NCBI GenBank assembly: GCA_946615875.1
Contig: CAMOIK010000002.1
Location: 1-36,133 of the forward strand
Source: an uncultured Verrucomicrobiota bacterium
GTDB lineage: Bacteria > Verrucomicrobiota > Kiritimatiellia > RFP12 > UBA1067
DNA length: 36,133 nt
Direction of reading: 5' to 3'
Positions 28,001 through 33,558 of the stretch are shown in pieces. Position 1 is the stretch's first letter, and each line of letters opens with the position of its first letter. Position numbers and translations under genes: made by a program. Below the pieces are notes generated by a model. The model was not told where the DNA came from. It saw only the letters and a list, made by a program, of their open reading frames with translations, and searched no databases.

Positions 28001-31000
28001 ACGTCCGCCTGATCCTGAATCTGGCAGGCTCGCGTATTCCCAGAGCGTCCTTATCGACGATCACGCGGTAGAAGCTGTTGGTGCCGCCGCCGTTTTCGAT
28101 ATCGAGAGCCAGCTCTTCGGTATCTACCGTTTCGGCGGCGACGCCATCGACAATCTTTATCGCCGTCATCTTCACTCGCCGCCAGCAGCTGTCGTCAAGC
28201 GCGGCGAAGCGGTTTGTCGAAACGGCGCCCGTGTCGTTCCCTTCGGCGTCGATCACGGCTTCGTAGCCGTGCACGTTCTCGTCGTAGGGAGCCTGCCCGA
28301 TCTTGTTCTCCACGCAGACCTCTACGGCAAGGCAATAACTCTCGACACCCCCCGCGACATGGTTCGTCCAGCCGTTGACGGCGTCGAAATACAACGACCC
28401 GATGCCGTCGCGGTAGCACGCGGAGTAGATGGCCGCGTCCTCCAGGTTGCGCATCACCAGGTGCGCGCTCTCGTCGATCGAACCGGTCGCGCCGTCTTCG
28501 GCGGAGACCGCTTTCGCCGTGGCGGCCTGCGGCAATCCGTTCTTCGCCGGATTTTCCAGCCTGACTCCGGAGACGTACTGGTAGATGTTGCCGATGCGGA
28601 CATTGTCCAGATACCATATTTCCCTGGAACCGCAGAGTTCCGCCACCGGGGACGCGCTCTCGAGCACGTTCGTGGTTCCCGCGAAGAGATGCAGGAACAC
28701 GTTGGCCACGCTCACCTCGTTCTCGTGCACCCAGTAGGTGGCGTCGTCGCCGGAGACGTTCTCCTTGGAACGATAGTAGGCCTGCCCCTCAACAGGCTGG
28801 ATTTCGTTCGCGTCGTCGTTCGCCAGCAGGATTCGCCCGAGGCGCGTGACGGACGCGGCGTCGCCCATGCTGTAAACGGGAAGGAACTGGTTGACCGTAA
28901 TCGTCACGGTCTGCTCCAGCCCAGTCCAGGTGCGGGTGCCGTGATCGCCGTCGCCGGATTCATCTACGGTGAACGTCAGCAGATACGTGCCGGCGGGCAG
29001 CGCCTTCGCATCGACGCCCATGTCAATTCCATCAAGAGTGCGGAAGCGCCAGACGACGTTCGTGGAGCCGTATGCCGCCTCGCCGACCGTCACCTCTATG
29101 CTTTCGCCTGTTTTGATGGTTGTCGGCGACGCGGACGATTCGGCCAGCCAGCGGTTCAGGAACTTCGCCTTGCGGGTGATGTATAGTCCGCTCGCCACGT
29201 TCGCGCCAGCGGCCTGCGCATATTCCGCCTTCGCCCAGGCCGCGCTCACACCGCCAATGCGGATTCGCCATTCGTCGAACGCCCCCACGAACTTCACCTG
29301 CGAAGAAGAAGTGTTTCCGCCGATGCTGATTGCCATGGCGCTGTCCGTCACCGCCGTTTTCAACGTCTGGGTCCCCTTGAAGGCGTCGCCATCGCCGTAG
29401 ATCGTCGCGCTGGCGCCGTCAAAAGCGACCAGCACGTGGATGTAGCCGCGCGTGCGCGTGTCGATGGAGGATATCTGCTGGCCAACGGCGCCGCTGCCGC
29501 CGCCGAACAGGGCGATGTTTCTGGGGGCGGTCACGCCCCAGATCGCGATTTCCCACCCGCCGTCGGTCGCATTCATGGCGGACTTGCGGGAAATGATGCC
29601 GTTCGAGCCGTTTATGGCCGCCACGTCCATCCATCCGGAAACGGTGAATTTTGATCCAAGCGTCAAGGCCGAAGTGTTGGCGAGCTCGAACCTGTTTATC
29701 TGGCCAGATGCCGTAGCGTTCACGCGACCGCACCCGAACACGCCGTTCGTCGAAACCATGCGCGCGCCATTCGCGGCGTTGTTGGAGACGGGCGTGGCGT
29801 CGTGTCCATTGCCGGTCGCATCGGGCGAAACGGCGGTGGCGGCGGCATCGGCGGCGATTTCCTCCGCGAAATGCCAGACGCCGACATACTCGCTCCAGAC
29901 GGAGTCTGCGGGGTTGTCGGGGATCGGGACGGGGATTTCTTCTCCGCTTTCCTCGTCGAGCGTCACGATTTCGCCCCAGCTCATGACGACCTGCGCGCCG
30001 GCCTTGTATTCCGGCATCTTCACCCAGACGAGCGACTCGCCGGAAGGATCCCATGTATCGATTTCATATGCGAGCGGCGTATCCGGATCTTCCGGCAAGG
30101 TGAAGCGGATATCGCTGCGGTCGCCACGCGTGTTGCGGTATATCCCTGGCTGGCCGGCCTCGTCGATCCTGACGAGCATCGGGAAATTGGTCAGCGTCTC
30201 GCCGGGATCTTCCGTCACGGTATATACCGTATGATAGCCGAGGTAATCCGGGAAGCCGAGGTCTTCGTAGTTCCAGACGCTGAACGACGCCACGGCCGCG
30301 GCCGACACGTAGCCCGCGCCATAGGGCGTCCATTCGTCGCCCAGCGAATAGTTTTCGTTCTCGTAAACGATGATCCGCAGCTCGTAGTCGCCCGTGCCGA
30401 GAGGCGTGCCGGCCTCCCACGCGAGCCACGCGGAACTGCCTTTGGGACGGATTTCGCAGCCATACCACGAAGGATCGAGGGTCGGGGTCGAAGAAACCAC
30501 GGGCACGTTCGGGACTTCCCCCTGCTGCCATCCGCTAATGCGCAGGCCGGATACCTGCAGCTGCTGCCGCGTCACGCGCCAGCTACAGGTCACGGAATCC
30601 GAGGTGCCGTCGCTCCACACGATGCCGGTTTTCGGCGTCACAGTGAACTCGTACTCGCCCACGGCATACGCTTTCAGAGTGCCCGTGACATCCAGGAAAT
30701 TCTCGTCGCAGTCGGCGTATGGACAGTATTCCTTGACGCCGTCAAACGGGATCGCCCCCAAATCTGCGGCAGGCTTCTCGAACACGCCATCATGGACCGC
30801 CTCTATGCGGATGATGACAACGCCGCTGCCGCCGGCCCCGCCGCATTCCAGATAGCGGCCGCCACCACCGCCGGAACCTGTGCCCGCCTTGCCTTGCTCT
30901 GCGGATTTAGGTTCCGCCTTCGTCCCGCCGGCGCCATTGCCGCCGATTATTTTGCCGTCGCTTCCCGCGCCTCCCTGTCCGCCGGTTTGCTCGGACGTGG

Positions 31001-31772
31001 AATCTGCCCTTGTGCCGCCGCCGCCGCCAGCCGCGTAGAACAACTCCGGCCCGGTTATGTCGCTTGGCCTGGGTGCGCCGCCGGCGCCGCCCTTGTCTGC
31101 CGAGGAAGCGCCGCCGGGGCCGCCCGCGCCGCCGCCACCGCCGCCGGTCTGGTTGGCGGTGCACGCGCCGCCGGCATTGCCTTGCCCTTCGACGCCTTCG
31201 CCAGGATCGAGGACATATTTCGCCGAATAGCGCGAACCGCCGCCGCCGGAGCCGCCATTCTGGCCCGCATACTGGGTCTGCGACGCCGGAGCGCCGCCGC
31301 CGCCGCCGCCATGCGCAAAGAGATTGGTGGTCACGCCATCGCACAGGATGTACGACGGTTTGCCGCTTTCACCGAAAGTTGTTACCGTTTTGTCCGCCGG
31401 CACGTCGCCGCCGGCGCCGGCCACGACGAGATACGACCCGGCCTTGAAATAGAAGATGTCGTCTATCATGCCGCCGGCGCCGCCGCCGCCGGCGCCGCCA
31501 CGCGTCGAGGACGCCGCACCAGGGGTTGCGCCAGCGCCGCCGCCGCCAACCGCGAGGACCCGCGCCTTTACGGCGCCATTGACCTGAAACACGCCATTCG
31601 TATCAAACTTGTAGTACGTCTTGCCGTTCGCATCGCCGACGACAGCGCCTTCCACGGAGACGACGCTCGTGCTTGCGAGCGAATTTGTGGTGCCGCGAGC
31701 ATGAAACGCCAGCAGCGCGGCAAATGCCGCGATGCACAGCGCTTGCGCCCTCCTACGCGCGCAAATTCTCAT
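22056..31772 (-). CDS. Giant secreted protein A (3238 aa): signal peptide, glycine-rich domain, DUF2341, LamG, a long series of beta-sandwich-like modules, a lamin-tail-like domain, and a ~500-aa C-terminal region.
   Basis: One uninterrupted ORF. The start is trimmed from 31886 to MRICARRRAQALCIAAFAALLAFHARG at 31772, with a strong RBS GGAAGGAGGTG about 7 nt upstream. Several modules end with a similar strand: FILIDNIQVT (~27911-27950), VVIDNIELTQW (~25575-25610), IYIDSVTVRDE (~25003-25040), VLLDEVSVTE (~24445-24485). Confidence 0.85.
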   Translation of the reverse strand: MRICARRRAQALCIAAFAALLAFHARGTTNSLASTSVVSVEGAVVGDANGKTYYKFDTNGVFQVNGAVKARVLAVGGGGAGATPGAASSTRGGAGGGGAGGMIDDIFYFKAGSYLVVAGAGGDVPADKTVTTFGESGKPSYILCDGVTTNLFAHGGGGGGAPASQTQYAGQNGGSGGGGSRYSAKYVLDPGEGVEGQGNAGGACTANQTGGGGGGAGGPGGASSADKGGAGGAPRPSDITGPELFYAAGGGGGTRADSTSEQTGGQGGAGSDGKIIGGNGAGGTKAEPKSAEQGKAGTGSGGGGGRYLECGGAGGSGVVIIRIEAVHDGVFEKPAADLGAIPFDGVKEYCPYADCDENFLDVTGTLKAYAVGEYEFTVTPKTGIVWSDGTSDSVTCSWRVTRQQLQVSGLRISGWQQGEVPNVPVVSSTPTLDPSWYGCEIRPKGSSAWLAWEAGTPLGTGDYELRIIVYENENYSLGDEWTPYGAGYVSAAAVASFSVWNYEDLGFPDYLGYHTVYTVTEDPGETLTNFPMLVRIDEAGQPGIYRNTRGDRSDIRFTLPEDPDTPLAYEIDTWDPSGESLVWVKMPEYKAGAQVVMSWGEIVTLDEESGEEIPVPIPDNPADSVWSEYVGVWHFAEEIAADAAATAVSPDATGNGHDATPVSNNAANGARMVSTNGVFGCGRVNATASGQINRFELANTSALTLGSKFTVSGWMDVAAINGSNGIISRKSAMNATDGGWEIAIWGVTAPRNIALFGGGSGAVGQQISSIDTRTRGYIHVLVAFDGASATIYGDGDAFKGTQTLKTAVTDSAMAISIGGNTSSSQVKFVGAFDEWRIRIGGVSAAWAKAEYAQAAGANVASGLYITRKAKFLNRWLAESSASPTTIKTGESIEVTVGEAAYGSTNVVWRFRTLDGIDMGVDAKALPAGTYLLTFTVDESGDGDHGTRTWTGLEQTVTITVNQFLPVYSMGDAASVTRLGRILLANDDANEIQPVEGQAYYRSKENVSGDDATYWVHENEVSVANVFLHLFAGTTNVLESASPVAELCGSREIWYLDNVRIGNIYQYVSGVRLENPAKNGLPQAATAKAVSAEDGATGSIDESAHLVMRNLEDAAIYSACYRDGIGSLYFDAVNGWTNHVAGGVESYCLAVEVCVENKIGQAPYDENVHGYEAVIDAEGNDTGAVSTNRFAALDDSCWRRVKMTAIKIVDGVAAETVDTEELALDIENGGGTNSFYRVIVDKDALGIREPARFRIRRTSAPPTKGSGGFALDEGGFILIDNIQVTPPPMRVDLKPLGNFDAAKGGRQTTGWSGAFEPAFPSVASRAIYARMEGEFYTNSLQQVTDGGSNMVVSATMFYRWRNLSHAFDPAGENEWKSVPLARNAGFRSTAPLDVPRRSGDIEFWTEVVQAAPFYVYCDYSGLDIGTPGYTEEVKAVTNRCGNASVFGKTLGTDWFVRLRDGSSAWEKFAVTIVDGNGATNTHYATLADEATWRCYLKTPTNETGTVKFRLEGVNRQTDGSRQWATNTVLFAVEAVATDGEGGQGVLTATYGERDEFGENDWCEIPIDAKTGYLLFQAEESGRSITVVHADYQNFNEWTDAVSASGTFVGAFNELDGGPAIGTSGAKQTFASDFASEWNAMPAGSAYWKESFSTTTEVSTNFFKTATTLNGWTANYAKYIYEKYDDPASKAYALQMRGDGLGSIEYVTSGATQPRGIDTLSFTARQANSIEWDDICYSDEDGMTALKNYTFVSGVSAITNGTLEGAYSVSLVANYRPTKGCYELRYVQRQANVGYLQLWKWAKSGSKMKSFFLGSAHWSGISANSGLTGSATEWAKLAISVTNLTETSVKVVGAIKTSKTATYGGDAESGSDVTCNWVEFTDTGASAGGAALTKGTAGVISANCPALFYRPRYYTHPLTRSGGSSGGVDGGSLSGMAAYSSTTAKFPSSAYGPNYALNGLISDDAGMPCDYEEWAIAPGRMMAEILGPSKRNALRAIAPAQTLGVFLGQAGSTAFDDEPVATMEVASFLTQPHAVQLRKTDDCSVQIRVIEEDNPAEVVIDNIELTQWRGADWSELGREVVTNKPTRDVSRYAYTNFTFTSAWVQDWDDGGDTPGRTVLLSARRTSTDGVASIVSPLMDGWEYSDGYRAGKGIGQISFRFHGAQANARLCVQVLTNATNITQGDAYSYAWTKAGDWQTVETLTFTNGESGVRSCYFGYHGVHGLVRISVDDALVAEVADSTDEKAFGDIYIDSVTVRDEPEIDYRSWWGWNVRTLGDPEDSEKRMLLSDISEPLAPGLALALNNSVSADIDGDEYDEYTRHLPFVQTPTFGTNIVGGVTFKARKYNAADERPAYVALYGSQDGEDKGKWIWLKDFAVTTNLYENFSYTTSASETYRAFRLVVRGVEGVEEASEYDDSAAGDSQKWDGEAPMRVLLDEVSVTEAIRPRVGFRGVGAFRSDMNGIYEVPNVPSEAEQPLCKEGWGVQCEIYKAQLPDKIDFASESNPPKVILHWYSGEDVWGFNNWRTNSAAHSVELMRAEIPEDSEVTNFVFRSSYQKGSDTIVPESRTPGTVVQYMLEVRYNQYNDAGESIPSTNFLTSADWNTPEWYRPLDYNRDKGGESGADFSAYTILDTVAPHWAWINEVNILGAMDGYDNTDAKCQYVEIAAPAGADLTGWQLQMLAVSGEEVVTNVAAVFGTNGLSGVKDRYVNTKYGMTFRVIGSPYSQDSAGGLLKYTDGTLDGVWTFDGSTVVYARGEISPFYPIAVQLVRPKGILESEVVAIGTNYFAQFDTEYAKAFYPEVMATNLNHLIGDAEFLYIGTDDNTLNGIITNSLSVVTNVGGSYACWTNGTFSCWTNGVGRTPGRLNIGQTIEGTPPSPGGMSRLIFSTLTGGRIEQWDPEGEPDEAGELWTANDITMYVQRSVGTNIVYRVPKWHVVRGVTWAETGSSVTNTTYASKIYGGSGNEWRVNVGTNVEGSVTVTAHAELDDRVAALIGSGNRYREAIVDWLANSENAYGDAWDESDELYMAEFHSLGGTYTGPLTLTQMYWLDIPPTTSNMWLVGGISDVSPIVRIRKKTGEELENTLLTVKMYITNANENSSYSVGGKKAWAPYILQGMQPDIDGTSWGYVDGGMKSAWTNATFKIQGKLMSLMGTDPRSYWLALRKFVFYRGSFDDDFQAVVEVLDCKAPESSPAYEQWRNWLIENPSDHPFYYWTINDATDVTGPQLLFKTNTFEEVLY
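23560..23875 (-). other. Lamin-tail-domain (LTD)-like segment in giant A (residues ~2635-2740).
   Basis: WAWINEVNILGAMDGYDNTDAKCQYVEIAAPAGADLTGWQLQML resembles the bacterial LTD signature INEv....d....eyvEl.n.....dLsGW.L. Confidence 0.55.
29208..29900 (-). other. LamG (Laminin_G_3-like) domain in giant A, immediately after DUF2341 (residues ~625-855).
   Basis: VGVWHFAEE...DATGNGHDATPV...KFTVSGWMDV...GGWEIAIWG...YIHVLVAFDGASATIYGDGDAF...FDEWRIRIGGVSAAWAKAEY. DUF2341 followed by LamG is a known recurrent pairing. Confidence 0.7.
29973..30245 (-). other. DUF2341-like domain in giant A (residues ~510-600).
   Basis: TNFPMLVRIDEAGQPGIYRNTRGDRSDIRFTLPEDPDTPLAYEIDTWDPSGESLVWVKMPEY matches the characteristic 'FP.lv.l...DiRF....g..L.yEi..wd.....vWVk.p' pattern. 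Confidence 0.7.
30798..31565 (-). other. Glycine-rich domain at the N-terminus of giant A (residues ~70-325).
   Basis: It begins RVLAVGGGGAGATPG...GGAGGGGAGGMI. It contains repeated GGGGG blocks separated by short beta-like segments. It ends GGAGGSGVVIIRIE. This is the same overall pattern as the 'glycine-rich domain-containing protein' family seen in phage and bacterial fibre-like proteins (recalled, not searched). Confidence 0.55.
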
Positions 31773-31809
31773 GTCCCACACCTCCTTCCGTACCAAAACT
31801 TCCTTTTTG

Positions 31810-31825
31810 TGCCGCATTTGCGGCA
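31810..31825. promoter_or_regulatory. Perfect 7+2+7 inverted repeat TGCCGCA-TT-TGCGGCA in the leader of giant gene A.
   Basis: Read directly from the sequence. It lies 38-53 nt upstream of the ATG at 31772. It could be a protein operator or a short RNA hairpin. Confidence 0.35.
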
Positions 31826-31868
31826 TTTTACACCTCATATAGGCATCTACGCATTCCGCACCGAATAG

Positions 31869-31897
31869 AACAAAACCCGCCTCCACATTCGCGGGCT
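31869..31897 (-). terminator. Intrinsic-terminator-like hairpin: either the MFS gene terminator or a leader attenuator of giant gene A.
   Basis: The minus-strand RNA reads AGCCCGC-GAAUGUGGAG-GCGGGUU followed by UUGUUCUAUU. That is 5 G:C pairs plus a G:U and an A:U, a 10-nt loop and a U-rich tail. It lies 75-100 nt downstream of the MFS stop codon. Confidence 0.45.
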
Positions 31898-31925
31898 GCT
31901 ATTTGCCTATCTCAATGCACATTGC

Positions 31926-31954
31926 ATTATATCATAAGCGTTCGCCCCGTGCAA
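31926..31954 (-). promoter_or_regulatory. Sigma70-like promoter with extended -10: TTGCAC-17 nt-(TGA)TATAAT.
   Basis: The -35 TTGCAC is the revcomp of 31949-31954. The spacer is 17 nt. TG is at 31934-31933. The -10 TATAAT is the revcomp of 31926-31931. It lies in the 198-bp gap between the MFS gene and giant gene A. Confidence 0.45.
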
Positions 31955-31970
31955 GGGGGCGTATTCAAAT

Positions 31971-33269
31971 TTATGGTCTCGCTTCCGGCCGCCTGGAGAC
32001 GTCCGGACTGGAAAGGAAGGCCGCATAGACCGCCAGATATGCGAGACCGGCGATGCTGACCAGGAACGCAGGCATGAACCCGACGCGATCGGCCATCACT
32101 CCTTGCAGGAGCGGCAGCACGCCACCGCCGACGATCATGGCCATGAACAGACCCGAGGCGGCATTGGTGTATTTGCCAAGGTTCTCGACCGCAAGATTGT
32201 AGGTGCACGGGAAGCCGACGGACGTGCAAAGCCCGCACAGCACGAAAAACACCGCGGAAAGCGGAATGGTCTGCAGCACGAACGAGAACTTTGCGGCATC
32301 GAAGACCGGAAACCGGACGGATACGCCCGACGTGCACATTCCCGCCGCAACCAGGCAGACGGCCACGGATTCCGCAACCATCAACATCGTCCTGCTGGAC
32401 ACCTTGCCGCCGATGGCGCTGCCGATGGTCCGCCCGACGATCATCATCATCCAGTATGTCGCAGCCACGCATCCGGCAATACCCACGTAGCCATCCACTC
32501 CTGCGGAGGATAGCGGGCCGTCCTTGGCGGAAAGCCAGAGGTTCATCGTCGCGGGAATGCCCACTTCCACGCCGACGTAGCAGAAAATGCCGATGACGCC
32601 GAACAGCGTGTGCCGGAACCTGAGCGGTTCGAGCGCGCCTATCTTCTCGCTGGTCGCCACGCCTTCCGGATCCTCGATCCTCAGCATAGAAAGAACCGCG
32701 AAAACCGCCGCGAAAACACCCAGCGCGATGTAGAGGACGAGATTGACATCCGCCATCTTCGTCTTGCTGGTGATCTCGCCGATCAGCATCCCGACCAGCA
32801 GAGGCGTGAGCGTGCCGGTCACGGAATTGAACGTCATGCCTATCATGTTCAGCTGGTTGCCGCGCCGTCCGCCGCCGCCCAGCGTGTTCAGCATCGGGTT
32901 TGTCACCACGTTCAGGAGGCACATCGATATGCCGGCGACGAACGCGCCCGCCAGATAGACCGCGAAACCGAAATCGCCGCCACCCGTCAATCCGGACAGA
33001 TACTGGATCAGCACGCCCGCGAAGCCGGTGGCGATCGCCACGAGCGCCGTTCTCTTGTAGCCCAGCCGCGACAGCATCGCGCCCGAAGGAACTCCCGCCA
33101 CGAGATAGGCGGCGAAGTTCATCAGGTTGCCCATCATCCCCGCCGTGTTCGACCCGGCCATCGCGTATTTCCACACGTTGCCTATCGGCGCGGCGAGATT
33201 GGTGACGAACGAGATCATCCCGCACAAAAACACCATTGCGATTATTGCGATCCAGCGTGTCTTCTTCAT
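31971..33269 (-). CDS. Sugar MFS transporter of the FucP/GlcP (fucose or glucose/galactose:H+ symporter) family, 432 aa.
   Basis: About 12 hydrophobic segments. Family-like motifs: GVPSGAMLSRLGYKRT, LNVVTNPMLNTLGG, FCYVGVEVGIPATM, MAMIVGGGVLPLLQGVMADRVG. Substrate not assignable. Confidence 0.8.
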   Translation of the reverse strand: MKKTRWIAIIAMVFLCGMISFVTNLAAPIGNVWKYAMAGSNTAGMMGNLMNFAAYLVAGVPSGAMLSRLGYKRTALVAIATGFAGVLIQYLSGLTGGGDFGFAVYLAGAFVAGISMCLLNVVTNPMLNTLGGGGRRGNQLNMIGMTFNSVTGTLTPLLVGMLIGEITSKTKMADVNLVLYIALGVFAAVFAVLSMLRIEDPEGVATSEKIGALEPLRFRHTLFGVIGIFCYVGVEVGIPATMNLWLSAKDGPLSSAGVDGYVGIAGCVAATYWMMMIVGRTIGSAIGGKVSSRTMLMVAESVAVCLVAAGMCTSGVSVRFPVFDAAKFSFVLQTIPLSAVFFVLCGLCTSVGFPCTYNLAVENLGKYTNAASGLFMAMIVGGGVLPLLQGVMADRVGFMPAFLVSIAGLAYLAVYAAFLSSPDVSRRPEARP

Positions 33270-33300
33270 GTTCTACCGTTCCTTTCGATTGTGTGAACAT

Positions 33301-33309
33301 ATTATACCA
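33301..33309 (-). promoter_or_regulatory. Extended -10 element TGGTATAAT upstream of the MFS transporter gene.
   Basis: It is the revcomp of 33301-33309, in an AT-rich stretch about 32 nt upstream of the ATG at 33269. AAAGGAACGG RBS-like sequence lies in between. Only a weak -35 is present (TGCACA at 18 nt). Confidence 0.4.
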
Positions 33310-33485
33310 TATTTTCAACCACTATGTGCATATCGATTTATAGCCGCATAACATTCTATGTTCCATATCTAGGTTCGCCGCATTCGCCACAGCTGGATGC
33401 AACGCCTCTCCGTCATCCGGCCCGGCCCGGCCTTGTATCTGTTGCGACCCTTGGTCATCGTTCTTTTCGTCTCGCCAAATCCCAG

Positions 33486-33507
33486 CCCCGCGTCCCCTCC
33501 CCTCCCC
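33486..33507 (-). other. G-quadruplex-type motif G4-A-G4-A-G4-ACGC-G4 on the minus strand, just downstream of mnmG.
   Basis: The plus strand reads CCCCGCGTCCCCTCCCCTCCCC. It lies about 52 nt after the mnmG stop codon and is embedded in an imperfect GC-rich hairpin (about 33481-33517). Confidence 0.4.
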
Positions 33508-33558
33508 GGGGCTAGGGGCCAGCTTTGGCTTGACTTATGTCATTTGCGTGCGCATTGG

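Noticed and set aside
24816-29186. Very long plus-strand ORFs antisense to the giant genes and others (24816-29186, 1456 aa; also 15643-18423, 4468-7119, 22683-24710, 29802-31868, 2371-4464, 6848-8290).
   Set aside because: Their translations are Arg/Ala/Gly/Val/His/Asp-rich with no recognisable motifs, signal peptides or RBS context. They lie entirely opposite minus-strand ORFs that do have clear family signatures. This is the usual stop-codon-poor antisense artefact of high-GC DNA.
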